Origin: Felis catus
Taxonomy: Eukaryota
Direction: 5' to 3'
NCBI RefSeq assembly: GCF_018350175.1
Contig: NC_058383.1
Span: forward strand, 3,658,001-3,722,000
DNA length: 64,000 nucleotides
The notes beneath the pieces are model-generated. The model was given only the letters and a program-made list of their open reading frames with translations, did no database searches and was not told the DNA's origin. Each line of letters starts with the position of its first letter. Position 1 is the first letter of the stretch. The position numbers and the translations under genes are program-made. Below are positions 12,424 through 24,770 of this stretch, in pieces.

Positions 12424-12631
12424 TCTTTGCTTCAGGAACGTCTTCAGAATCAATCTATCTGAACCGTAGAGTTCCCAAAAACAAGCCTTCTGGGACTCGA
12501 GATTGTTCCACTGGTCAAAGCATTTCCTTGGCAGACAACTGTGTACTTTTCAAATCTCCTTCTAGATCCTTGCCTTATTGTGCCCACCGAACCTAAACCA
12601 TTATGTCGAGAGCTTTGCACAATCCCCAGAT
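12424..12631. repeat. Unassigned ~205-bp interspersed element, copy 1
   Basis: Reverse-complement match to 39097-39303; core 12551-12626 is 70/76 identical. Confidence 0.85.
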
Positions 12632-12674
12632 AGTCTCCCCACGGAAAGACCCTCCCTAAACCACTGAAGACACA

Positions 12675-13096
12675 TGGGGGGTGCTGAATGGGGGCCCCCA
12701 AAGATATGTCCACATCCTAATCTCTCAAATCTGTGACTGTGACCTTATTTAGAAAAAAAAAAAAAGGTGGGTTGGGGAGGGGTCTTTGTTGATGTAACTG
12801 AGGGACTTTGTGACGAGAGCAGCCTGATTTATCTCAACGGGCCCTAAATCCAATGACAAGCACCCTTATGAAAGACACACAGACGGAGAGGAAGCAGCGT
12901 AACCCTAGAGGTGGAGTTTGGTGTGGTACCGGAAGCCCAGAAATACCGATCATCCCAAAGCTGGAAGAGGCCAGGAACAGAGTCTCCCCTGGAGCCCCCT
13001 GTGGGATTTGGGACTAGTGCCCTGAACTGTGAGAGAAGAAATCTCTGTTGTTTTAGACCGCCTAGTTCACGGGAGTTTGCACAGGGATCGGACACA
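12675..13096 (+). mobile_element. MaLR solo LTR (MLT1C type)
   Basis: ccccaaagatatgtccacatcctaatc, gggtctttg, gggccctaaatccaatgacaag, gaactgtgagagaagaaatctctgttgtttta. Confidence 0.88.
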
Positions 13097-13179
13097 GTGA
13101 TTAGTAGTCGTCTCATGGTTGACGTGCCAGAAACCGAGCTCTGGGTTCCTCCCCGGGCCACTGTACTCAGGATCTTGCC

Positions 13180-13855
13180 CCAGTCGGTTGTATCCTTCCT
13201 GCAGCTGCTCAGGCTAAAATCTGGGAGACAGTCTCGATTTCTCACTCTTGCACATTTCACAGTCAAACTGTCACGAAATCTTGTAGCCTCCACCTTGAAA
13301 GCATGAACCTAGAATCTGAGCTCCCCTCCGTCCCCTCCCCTGCTTCCGTATGATGGGTTATTGCAGGGTCCTCCAACTGCTCTCTCTCTACCCTTTTTGT
13401 TTCTCACTCACCCATTATCATTCATTCCATTCCAGCCTCCTCATTGTTCCTCTAATACCCCAGTGCCTTTGCACAGACTGCTTCATCTCCCTAGAGCACC
13501 CTTCCCCTGACAGCTGTATGGCTCGGCATCTCTCCACCTTCAGATGTTTGCTTGAAGGTCACTTTCTCAATAAGTTCTCTCTTGTCCATTCATTTAAAAT
13601 ACCGTCACCTCCCCCAGCATTCCCGATCTTTCTTGTCCTGCTCTATTTTTACTCCACAGCCCTTAACGCCTTGTGTCATGCTGTGCCCTTTATTTATGTA
13701 CTATGTGTGTTTAGTGTCCATGTCTCCCCACCAGAGTGTAAACTCTAGGCCAGCAGGCATTTTTACTTCCTTTATTCCCTGATATATCACCCAGCCAAGT
13801 GCCAGACTCAGAGTAGGCGCTCAATAAATATTTGTTGAGTAAATAAGTGAAATAA
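13180..13855 (+). mobile_element. L2a 3' end
   Basis: gcctttgcacag...ccagagtgtaaactc...agtaggcgctcaataaatatttgttgagtaaat, the canonical L2a terminus. Confidence 0.85.
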
Positions 13856-14134
13856 AGAAAGTGGCGGTTATTTCTTTCATAATAGAGTGCATTTGTTGAG
13901 ATCACAAAGGAAATGAAATTGTGTGGTCATCAAAACGTATTGTCTGCAGCATAGCATTTTGAAATACGAAGATATTCCGCTTTACGAAAATGGCTGTCAT
14001 TTTTTTCGTCTTATCAGCTGCATTTAGAAGCCTCGCCACTTTGTAATGCAGCCGATGGCTCACCGCTGGGAACAGTGGCATTTTTCTCCCTAGTCTGGAC
14101 CAAGATAATAATTGTCACAGGGCACGCCTAGGAC

Positions 14135-14500
14135 ATCCGTAACACTCAGATAGGCTAGGTGACACCGTGCAACAAACTGCCCCTGGATTTCAGTGCCTTG
14201 GAACAGAAATGGTCTGTGTCTTGCTCGCTTGAGGTCCTGGCGGAACTGAGCGATGTCTCTGCAGCTGCTCTCCGTGCAGGGGTTCATTTCTGTTTCCTGG
14301 GAGTAAACGCGCTCCCAGGACCACTTGGGCAGGAGGGAGGGGAGGGAGGGGAGTGCCAGACCCTCTTCCACGGGCATTTAAATGCTTCCACCTACGACTA
14401 ACACGTTTCCCTTCTGCTTCATGCCATTGGCCAGAGCCAGTCACATGACCTCAAAGGCACATGGGCCGGAAAAGAGGGGGAACCAGAAATCCTGACAAGC
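14135..14500 (-). mobile_element. Old MaLR LTR (MLT1I/J type)
   Basis: gataggctaggt...aacaaac...atttcagtg..., ccattggccagagccagtcacatgacc. Confidence 0.6.
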
Positions 14501-14569
14501 GCCATCATGGATACCCCCTCAAGTGAAGCGAAAAGAAATAGATCTTTTGTAGATTTGGGGGCCCCGTGT

Positions 14570-16790
14570 TCATGTCTTTTGTCAGTTTTTGCAATAAACT
14601 GGTGGGGGGTTTTTTTTCTTGTTAATTTGAAGAAAGTCTTCGGTGCTTTGCCTCTGATCGAAGTTGCCAACACAGTGTTGCAATTTGTCTTCCGACTTGG
14701 TATTTTATGGTGGTTTATGCTGTGCAGAGCTGAGCACTTTTAGAACCTTTTTATTGTAAAATAAAATTTCTGTACAGGAAAGCACATAAGAGAGATGTCT
14801 AGCTTAATGAGTGGTCTTAAGGCAGACACCCTTGTAAACTACGCCTGGGACGGGAACAGCCTCAGAAACCATCGCCATCTTTCCCGTCGCAACTTCCCCT
14901 CTCTGCACAAAGTGACCACTCTCCTGAGCTATGTGGCCATCGCCTCTTGTCATTCCTGAATAGGTCACCCAGTGCGTATCCCTAGGACACCACGGTTCAG
15001 TCTCGCCCACTTTAAAAAATCGTGCTATGTCTCTTAAGTTACGTTCAATTTCGCCATTTCCCTTACATCCTTTTTTTCTTGCAATTTACCTGTGGAAAGT
15101 TCTGGGGTGTCTGGGGCTGATTGCAACCCCACAGCACAGTTCAGCGTGACCCTCGCTTAATTGGCAACTGAATCCAAAGGCTTGATGTGGCCCGTGTATC
15201 ATACTTTTGGTGAGACTCTAGGTGGTGTCTCTCGTGTCCTCGCATAGGCTAGAACCCCCCACCCCCACCCCGTGCAACATTAAATAATAATAAAGTCTTC
15301 ATGTTGCTGATTCTAGTGAAAACACCTCTAGGGGATTGCCATTAGGAATGACGCTGGGTTTTGAGCTAGGATAAATGTTTTATTATGTATCCATGGTGGA
15401 TAAGCTAGTATGAATCTACCCCTGTTTCTCTGAGTACTTTTTTTTTTAATTGGAATGGATATTGAAATTTTTCAGATGCCCCCTTAGCATAAAATGAAGA
15501 TGATCTTTCCATTTCCCTTGAAATATATTATTTCATTAGATTTCCTCAAATTGAATTGTTCCTATACTCCTCACGTAACATATTTGGTCATGATGGATTC
15601 GAAAATGTTACTGGGTTAGTTCATTCAATACATTTTCATTGAAGTATAATTAACATTACTCAGCCATAAAAAAAGAATGAAATCTTGCCATTAATATATT
15701 TTATTTAGAGTTTTTACATCTGCATTCGTGAGTGAGAGTTTTTTTATTGTTGCCATCACTGTGTCTGCTCCCACCGCAGTCTGGTGGGTATTAATGTCAA
15801 GGTTATGTTCTTTTCATAAAAGGAATTTGAAACATTTCCTCCTTTTTCTGGGCACACACTGCGTGGCTGGAGTAGATCCTCTGGTAATTGCCCCAAGAAG
15901 ACCTCATAGAATGGTGTTTTCTTAGTCTTTAACGTCAGAGGTATTTTGTGGGTAGCCTTTACACTCTATGTAGAGTTTGGATGGATGTAAAATTGTGGCT
16001 CACAACCTCTTTCCGTGAGAATGTTGTAAGGATTTCTCTGCTTGCTTGCTTGCTTTCTTTTTTTTTTTTTTTTTTTTTGCTTTAAATGTTGCTATAAAAA
16101 CATCTGAGACCTGCTTGGGTTTTTCTTCAGTTTGTCTCCCTTTTCTTGCATGGCTGCCCAAAGGAAGTTTTTCTTTATCCTTGAAGCGTAGTGACCAGCT
16201 AGTTCCAGCGTTATCCGCTCCGCGTACCCTGACGTGCTCCTTCACTCCGCAGGCTCAGGCTTCTTTTCTTTCAAAGACGTTTTCTTGAACCATGTCTTCA
16301 AATATTTCTTCTCTCCCATTCTGGTTTCCTCCTTCCGGGACTCCAGTTACAACATGTGTGGTTTCTTCTCCCACAGCTTCTGTGTCATCCACTCTGCACT
16401 CCGTTTTAAAACTGTGTCTCTTTTCATTTTTTTTTTTTTCTTTTCCTTTCCTCTAATGAGAGGCAGGCTACGGCTTTGTTGTTCTGTATGAGTTTTGGCC
16501 TCAGTGGCATCCCTTTTGCTCCCTCCGACTCTCTCTGCATTCCTGAGATGGTTTTCTTTCTTTCTCTCTCTCTCTTTCTCTCTTTCTCTCTTTCTTTCTC
16601 TTTTTCTTTCTTTCTTTCTCTTTCTTTCTTTATTCTTTTTCCTGAGTTCTGTCAACTTTTGTTTTATCCCCCTTCTCTCTCACCTGATATTTTGGCCATT
16701 GTATCTGTGGTCTCCTTTATTTGAGATCATTTTCTTAAGGTTTTAAAAATTCACGGTGAGATGGTTGTTTGCCGTTTTCCTCTCTATGCT
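14570..16790 (-). mobile_element. Ancient L1/HAL1 fragments
   Basis: T-rich antisense L1-like text (tggatattgaaatttttcagatgc, tttggtcatgatg, ttttatttagagtttttacatctgcattc); subfamily not resolvable. Confidence 0.55.
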
Positions 16791-16797
16791 GTGGAGC

Positions 16798-17270
16798 CCT
16801 AGGCAGGATAGTGTCGCCCCCAAGGACAATATCCACGCGCTAGGTCATGGACCCTGTGAATACACTGTGTTATGTAGCAAAGGGGAATAAATGTTGCAAA
16901 TGGAATTAAGGTTGCTAATCAGATTACCTTAATACAGGGATATTTCCCTGGATTATCTGGGTGGGTGTAATGTAATCACAAGCACCCTGGAGTGTGGAAG
17001 AGGAGGGTCAGAGTGGTGAAATAGAACCAAAACTCAACTGGCCATTGCTGGCTTTGCAGCTGGAGGAAGAGGCCGTGGGCCCAGAAATGCAGGCGCCTCC
17101 AGACGCTGGAAAAGACAAGAAAACAGTCGTCCCCCGGGACCCCAGAAGGAACACAGCCCAGCGACTCCAGTCTCAGCAGACGTCCAAAACTGTAAGATAA
17201 TAAATTTGTGTTGTTTAAAGCCACTGATGTAGTGGCAGTTTTTGTGCAGTGGCAATAGGAAACTAATACA
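16798..17270 (+). mobile_element. MaLR solo LTR (MLT1D type)
   Basis: ggaattaaggttgctaatcag, cctggattatctgggtggg, ccattgctggctttg, aactgtaagataataaatttgtgttgtttaaagccact...gcaataggaaactaataca. Confidence 0.92.
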
Positions 17271-18816
17271 CTTTGCAAAATATCTGAGTATTCTTTATAA
17301 ATATTCGCTGCTGTTTTTTTTTCTTTTAGTACATCATGTAGATATACGTGTATATGTATTCGTAGAGACAGACATATGTAGACGTAAATGTAGTAACATA
17401 AGCAAGAAGACATATTCGTATGTCTCTCTCTATATATTACTTACTACTGCATGAGTCAGGGCAGGGAGGACCCGGTTGTAGCCTTCATGATGCCAGCTCT
17501 TACTTGCGAGTCACAACCAGAACAGACAGCTTCCTGTATGGCCTGTCTTCGTGATTCTTGACATCTCTAAACCCGCGTGGTTCCAGTGGGGGCATTTGTC
17601 GATGCTTTTTTTCTCCCCCCCCCCCCCCCCCACCGCCCACAATGGAACAGCAAATGAAAGCTGTGCCCGTCAGGATGTGTCTCTGGCCCTATAGAACTGT
17701 GTTTTTGCTGATGTCTTCTGAGCTTTGTGGCATCTGGATTGTCACCCCTTAGATCTGTCCTCAGCGTGTCTCCGTTTCCTTGCACTAGCTCTCATCACAA
17801 CGCAGATGCTTTCGGGAGCATCTCCCTTTCTGTGGAGTTTACTTTCATTGCCGAAAACAAAGTTTGCTTCTTCTATTAGTCTTTTCTTTTCTTTTCTTTT
17901 CTTTTTTTTTGGAGCATAGAGGAGATGGGAGTTTCACAGATATGTTCATAAGGGAATTCTAATCTAAATTTTTAACAAGTGTCCCAGTTGACCAAAAGAA
18001 ATCTTTGGGCCACGCTTTTGGAAACATCTAGAAATTTTTTACTGTTGAATGGAGAGACTCGACCCCAAGGCAGAGACAAGCTCGCAGGTCCACTCAGGCA
18101 AGCACCCTACTTCATGCTTGGCAAATACTAATGGCTCCACAAGCATTATGAGCAGAACAAATGGGTTTTTTTTCCCAGGTCTTCTGCTAAGGAAAACCCT
18201 AAAGGCAAAATATTTTTTGTTTATGAAATCAAAAACCAGCAAAGATGTCAAGTATAGGATAGCTTAGCCCCAGCCCCTCGTCAGATGATGCGCCATCAGG
18301 GACCCTTGGTGAGAAAAGACCCAAGGAAGAGCCACGGGTTCCGTTTGCCTAAAAATACCTCTTCTCCAACCTGCGCAGCTTGAACACTTTCCCCAGGCAG
18401 TGGATAGAAAAATAAGGGGAGAGGGATTGTCTCCAGAGGTGTGTGAAGATGCCCGGAGAGGAGAGGACCGTACCCGGCCCTGCCATCGGATGGGAAACGG
18501 GCTTTGTTTACAGTAGCACGGGCCACCCGCTGATGAAAACGTCTTTGATTAATTCTTTAAACATTTACTCCCCATCTGTGTCGTACCCCGTGACTGCGTT
18601 GTCAGATTTGCTGACATTGTGGGGGCTGCTCTCCAAATTTATTTAGATGATAAGTAAACATGTCAGGCTGATAAAAAGTGTGTGTTCTACGAGTCATGGT
18701 GGGCTTTCTCTCCTCTTGATCCAAATATCACTCGAAGAATATCTAATTCTGGCCTTACTCCTCGGGACAGGGCTGTATGTGCTTGTGTCCTCTCTGACCT
18801 CGTCCGTTGTTACTCA

Positions 18817-19205
18817 CGTAGATGGGCTGAATTGCGCCCTGCCCCAAGTTCACATGTTGGAGTCCTAACCTGCAAGGCCTTGGGATGTGCCTGCATCGGG
18901 AGACAGCGTCTCCTACTCAAGAGGTAATTAGGTTACAATTAGGTTATTAGTGTGGGTCCTCCTCCAGGAGGACTGAAGTTCTTACGAGAAGAGATCAGGA
19001 CACACACACACAGGGACGACCACGTGAGGACACGGGGAGACAGTGGCTGTCTCCATGCCAAGGAGAGAGGCCTCAGGGGAGACCAGACCTGTTGACACCT
19101 TGGTGTTGCACTTTACGACCCCAGAGGTATGAGGAAACCAAAGTCTGTAGTTAAGGTCGCCCAGCCTGTGGCGCCTTGTTAGGCGGCCCGCTCAGACCGG
19201 TAACG
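18817..19205 (+). mobile_element. MaLR solo LTR (MLT1A0/B type)
   Basis: atgggctgaattg...ttcacatgttggagtcctaacc...gacgaccacgtgaggacacggggaga...gccaaggagagaggcctcagg. Confidence 0.88.
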
Positions 19206-20100
19206 GGCTGCTGGTTGGACAGGAGGCTGGGCCCCGTCAGAGAAGATCTTCGCTAAGTGTTGTGCGACTTTATCCTTGGAAAATCTGTTGCCCTGACATC
19301 AGTCCCCCATTCTCATGCTTCTCTGTGACCTTCTTATAACAGGCTCTCGGGAAACAATAAAGATCTTGAAACCTAAGACTGACGTGAGTGAATGAGTCTG
19401 CCAAGTTCACGTCAAGATCCCGGCAGAGGCCTGCCTTTCACAGGGAAATGAAGGGGACTCCGGGGCTCCAGCTTGGGTTTCTGTGCGAGTCCCCACTTAA
19501 CCACACACCCTTCCCTCCCCCACCACCGGGAGCCTGCAGACGACAAGGTTAGCTCGGTTGTGGGCTGGTTAGCCTAAAACGGTCAATGACCGCGTCTCCT
19601 CCAAACTTCCTTCCAGCTCAAAAGATGGGCAATAGTGAGAAATTTATTCTCGGCTAACAAGGACGAGAGCGATTGTGATGATTTTTGCACGCATTTGGAG
19701 AGTATTGATACAGCCTCCCAGGTGTGTGAAAGCCAATCAGCGTTTCCGTTAACGTTAGTAAACGTGGTTAGCGTGTACTGAGCACATCTTCGCCAGGCGG
19801 GCGCGGTGCTTGGTGCTGCAGAAGTAAGGGGGGCGGGGCGTGACTCCACTGGACCTTAGGCTCTCGTGAGAGAACCAGGAGCCAGTGAAGCCAGAACGGA
19901 GACGCTTCACAGACCGCGACAGGCGCCACGCAGGAAAAGACGCAGGACCGCAAGGTCATGGGGCGGCGGGGCCAGGTGAGCAGGGACCCAGGACCGGGCA
20001 GCGCCCGAGAAGCAGCGTAAGCGGGCCAGACTCAGTCTGGCCGTGGCTGCAGAGACCCCCAGCCTGATGGCAGAAGCAACCGGGGCCTTCCAGTGTTTCC

Positions 20101-20317
20101 TTTTTTTTTTAATTTTTTTAAACTTTTATTCATTTTTGAGAGAGACAGAGCATGAGCAGGGGAGGGGCAGAGAGAGAGGGAGACACAGAATGGGAAGCAG
20201 ACTCCGGGCTCCCGTCTCTCGGCACAGAGCCCGACGTGGGGCTCAAACTCCCCAAGTGTGAGACCATGACCTGAGCTGAAGTGGGATGCTTAACCGACTG
20301 AGCCACCCAGGTGCCCC
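20101..20317 (-). mobile_element. Carnivore SINE (SINEC_Fc type), no visible TSD
   Basis: Poly-T, (GA)n, ends taaccgactgagccacccaggtgcccc. Confidence 0.95.
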
Positions 20318-21224
20318 TTTTGTGCCACACCATGTGAGATGTAAACCATAGGGAGACTGTGGAGGAGGGGCTCTAGGGCCCAGGGGGGGCCGGGCCCTAA
20401 CTTGGGGTAACACCTCCTCCCCCCGCCCCCCCCCCCGCCATAGCAGGTGGAAGGAAGGGAGACCTATAGACACAGACTGGGAAGTCAAGAGGCGTTTCAA
20501 GCTGGTGACCTCCCTTTTCTCCGTGGGGAAGGACACAGAGTCATCTTCTTAAAATGAGGGCAGGAGTAGTTGGGATGTGGACATGGGTTGAAAAGAGCTG
20601 AAATTCTCACGGGATAGCGGACAAAGGAGCAGGTGACGGGAACCTAACGGACGTGCCGGAGTCCGGACGGCCTTCCCCTCACACTAGAGGCCCACCTGCA
20701 GGTAAACCTCGTCTCCTGCCATCTCAAACGGGTGCTGTGTGCCCTTGGAGGTACCTTCAGGCTCTCCCCTGCCGGCCCTCTCCCCCCAGCAAGACTGAGG
20801 ACCTCCCTCAGGAGTTTTCCTCTTGTTCCAAGCTTCCCAGGGAGTTCAGAATTTCCTTCTTTGTGTTCCCCTAAACGAGAAACGTCCTTTTGGCACTCAG
20901 TCTGTCACATAATTGTTTTCGTGACCGTTTCTACTGGCCGAGGCCTTGAGGACCAGGCCAACGCCTCCTCCATGTTTTTCAACGAAGCGTTTGGCAAAGT
21001 TGAGTTACTACCTTGGTGTTTTGCCAGGAATCCAAGTATTTGCCTTCTGTCAATTAACAGGGTGAAAATTTCCACATCCCCGACAGCAGACGTGAATCCG
21101 TAAAGGGTTTGCTCTTGGCTCTGGTATTATGGAAGAGTTGCTTAGCCTGTTTTCCTTCCCTAGTTCTCAGAATAAGTGGTGCCTACTTTTAAAAAAAAAA
21201 ATTACTTTTACCAATGACTGATGA

Positions 21225-21530
21225 TGAGGTTCACTCCCACCCCCTGGCGGTCACCAGCCAGCGTTCTACCTCTACAGATCCGCCTACTCTGAACATTCCA
21301 CATGAATGGAATCCCGCGGTATATGGCCTTTAGTGTCTGCCTCCTTTCACTCAGCATCATGTTTTCAAGGTTAATCTAGCAGGTGTCAGGATTTCTTTCT
21401 TTCCGTGGCTGAATAAGAGCCATTGGACGGATTCCATTTTGTTGATTCATTCATCCACTGGTGGACACTTGGGTTGTTTCCTCCAAGATGTCAGCTGTTG
21501 TGAATGATGCTGCTGTGAACACGCGCTTAT
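21225..21530 (-). mobile_element. L1MB-type 3' fragment
   Basis: ctttcactcagcatcatgttttcaaggtt...cattcatccactggtggacacttgggttgtttcc...tgctgctgtgaaca. Confidence 0.8.
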
Positions 21531-21789
21531 GATGCCCTCTGCACAAATGCTGGTCTGCGTTGTCTCCCCCGATGCCTCCCCCTCGTCTCTCTCCCCAGAG
21601 CCGCCCCCCCACCTCAGCTTCTTCAATGTCTGCACTGCTCTGAAAGGCAGACTCTCAACTCCTTCTCCTTCTCCAACTCATCCTCCCCGTCCTTCTCCTT
21701 CCAAGCTCCCAGCATAGTTGCCACCAAGCCCTCACCAATCCCTAAGGAAAAGGAGATGGGGGTCATAGTGGCCCTGCCACTCCCAGTGT

Positions 21790-22400
21790 TTCTACATCTT
21801 TTTTTTACGTATTCCTATTTGCGTACAGAAACGTGCACCTAAAGAAAATGCGGTGTTTGTGTGCGTGACAGAGAGCAGCATGGGTGAAATTATTCAGTAC
21901 CTTTCATTTGGTAACTTTGCTTTTTATTTCTTAATGCTGTGTCTCGATGTTCTGTCGAACTCCGTGTCAGTACAGACAGATGTACCTAATTATTTTTAGC
22001 TGCTGCGAAATAGTCCGTAGCACCCGTCACAATGACTTAATTAGCTACTTATCTGTGGACGGACACGTAGGCTTTCCATTTTTCCCTATAGCAAGTAATT
22101 TTGCAGTGAATGTTGCTTCAATGCTTATCTAAAAGTGTCGCTATTTCTCCTGGTTGATACTGGAAAGAAGTCTCCGTCATTGGATATGTGCATTTTTTAT
22201 TTCAATCGAAACTACCAATGCCCTCCCCCTAAATACTTGTTCTAACATTCCTGCCAGGAACAACCTGTTCCCTGTCCTTTGGCCAACATTCTGCATTATC
22301 CAGCTCGATATGGTTGCAAACCTAGTGGGGGAAATAGTATTTAATTCCTGTTTTGGTTTGCATGTCCCTGATTACCAACCACATAATTGTTTTGAGATTG
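21790..22400 (-). mobile_element. L1ME-type fragment
   Basis: ggacggacacgtaggctttcc...ttgcagtgaatgtt...ttgcaaacctagtgggggaaatagtatttaatt...tttgcatgtccctgattac. Confidence 0.6.
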
Positions 22401-22408
22401 GATGAGAG

Positions 22409-22630
22409 CAGTGGTTCTCAACCAGAGGCGAGCCTGCCTGCACCCCCCGCCCCCCCCCCCCCGAGGAACAATTTGCAAATGTCTGGGGACATTTTTTGGT
22501 TGTCCCCCTGGGGGAGCAGAGCTCCTGGCATCAGGTGGACAGAGACCAGGGATGCTGCTACTACACGTTCCGTGGTGCAGCGCACGGCCGCACAAAGAAG
22601 GTCAACGTTGCCCAAGCTAAGACGCCCACG
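22409..22630 (+). mobile_element. MER20 (hAT-Charlie)
   Basis: cagtggttctcaacc terminus, aatgtctggggacattttttggttgtc, ctggcatc.ggtgg.cagagaccagggatgctgcta. Confidence 0.9.
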
Positions 22631-23431
22631 CAGATGAGGTGTTTTATAAAACTCATCATTGCCACGGTACCATGACAGTGAGACATCGCCCTAAAACAGT
22701 TCATGTGCTTTCTGTAGAAAATGATGATAATGAAACACTTCCCAGCGGAACCTCCTCCCCTCCGCGAGACTGGAGTTTTGCCCTCTCGAAGGAGGTACAC
22801 AGGCAGGCTGGCGGGCAGGACGCCCCAGTGCCAGTAATGAACGATAGGACAGTGTCGGCATTGCTCTCCTCTCCAGCTTCAAGTGATGGGAACCAGATCA
22901 GTGGGCTTTGCGTCCTTCACTGGTTCGATCCCTTGTGTCGCTCCCGTCCCTCTCCCACCCTCGGTGCCGCCGCCCGATCTCCCCGTCTGAACAGCCCCAA
23001 ACATCCCTTCCCTTAATGCGCCTTCCTTTACTTCGTGGGCAGGTGTTTGAAAACGCCGACTGAATTATTCAGCATTTTCTGCTACATAATGAAAATTTAT
23101 TCCCTTCAACTTTCCAAAATCATTTTAGGAGTAAGAATTAACTTTTTAGGAAATAAATATTTATGCATATTATTCCTGACCTCTGCCTCGCTGCAAATTG
23201 TGATGGAAAATTCAGCACCGACATGACAAAAGCGAACCTGAAAAACAAATTTCACTGTATAAAAAATCCCTCAGGTTAACATCAGTGGGCCAGAAGCAGG
23301 AAAGGGCCCATCTCCCTCGGTTTTCTTTAATAGAATTCCACAAATAATCCAAAGAACAAACATTAAGAAAAGAACAATAAAGAGCCAAAATATTTGCTCT
23401 TTTGTAAGCTTTGTTAATAATGCCATGCATA

Positions 23432-23664
23432 GGGGCGCCTGGGTGGCGCAGTCGGTTAAGCGTCCGACTTCAGCCAGGTCACGATCTCGCGGTCCGCGAG
23501 TTCGAGCCCCGCGTCGGGCTCTGGGCTGATGGCTCGGAGCCTGGAGCCTGTTTCTGATTCTGTGTCTCCCTCTCTCTCTGCCCCTCCCCCGTTCATGCTC
23601 TGTCTCTCTCTGTCCCAAAAATAAATAAAAAAAAAGTTGAAAGAAAAAAAAATTAAAAAAAAAA
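23432..23664 (+). mobile_element. Carnivore SINE, young felid subfamily
   Basis: ggggcgcctgggtggcgcagtcggttaagcgtccgacttcagccaggtcacg; perfect 16-bp TSD aataatgccatgcata (23416-23431, 23665-23680). Confidence 0.98.
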
Positions 23665-23967
23665 AATAATGCCATGCATACCCCAAAACTCGTCTTACCA
23701 CGATGAGCTAATAAATAAGATGGTCTTCAAAAATTTAATATGGTTTCAGCCCTTTGTTCCCTGTTGATGCATGAGGGAATGTTCACAGAGAAAAAGGTAG
23801 GGCTGAACGTAGGGTTACCCAGATGGCGCTGTGTGGTGTGGCTTCACGATGCGGCTGGACAACCCCAGTCAAGGGGCTCTTGTCAGCTTATGACACTGAG
23901 TCCTGGGGTGCTGACCGCCAGGTTGATTTGAGGCAGTCGTTGCTGCTTTAGAAATGGATGGGGTGGG

Positions 23968-24198
23968 GAGGCACCTGGGTGGCTCAGTCCATTGAGTGTA
24001 TGACTTCGGCTCAGGTCCTGATCTCGCGGTCCGTGGGTTCGAGCCCCGCATCGGGCTCTGTGCTGACAGCTGGGAGCCTGGAGCCTGCTTCAGATTCTGT
24101 GTCTCCCTCTCTCTCTGCCACTGCCCCACTCACATTCTGTCTCTCTCTCCCTGAAAAATAAGTAAACCTTAAAATTTTAATTAAATAAATTAAAAAAG
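23968..24198 (+). mobile_element. Carnivore SINE (SINEC_Fc type)
   Basis: TSD agaaatggatgg(g/a)gtgg at 23950-23966 and 24199-24215. Confidence 0.95.
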
Positions 24199-24354
24199 AG
24201 AAATGGATGGAGTGGTGCTGGGGACAGGTGAGAAGAAGCTTAGTCTCGCATGTGGGTAAATTAGCAGTTGCTAAATTCTATACAACCATGAGGAATCTTC
24301 CTGGATGTCCTGAACATTCCGTATTTGTGGACGCAACCCATATTTAAGTGCGCT

Positions 24355-24770
24355 GGGGTAGACTGAATCACTGGCGTGAATTCTTTGCTCTCTTGTAGTT
24401 AGATCGTATATCCACGTCCTTGCCACTGCTTCATGGCAGGCAGAGGATTTCCCCACGACTGGATACAGGGCTGGGCCGTACATCGCGTTTTGGCCAGTGG
24501 GGTGAGATCCAAAGGGTCAAAATACGCTCATCCAGTCGGACTCGCCCCCTTGCACGTAGGCCGTCCCCGTGTGAGGAACGCGCCTCAGGTGCCCCTGAAT
24601 GAGATCCTAGAAGAGTAAGAGACACACAGAGCAGACCTGAGCTGAGCTCACATTGGAGCCAAGCAGTGCCAACCCCGGCCTCGAGCAAATCCCAGCCGAC
24701 CAGCCGACGTGTGAGCCGGAAATAAACACAGACTTGTGCCCCATGCACAAAACACTTAGGTCCCGTTACA
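24355..24770 (+). mobile_element. MaLR solo LTR (MLT1I type)
   Basis: tatatccacgtccttgcca...gagacacacagagcagacctgagc...tggagccaagc...gacgtgtgagccggaaataaa. Confidence 0.7.

Noticed and set aside
20374..20399. Short inverted repeat tagggccc...gggcccta
   Set aside because: An 8-bp GC-rich stem is expected by chance in 64 kb
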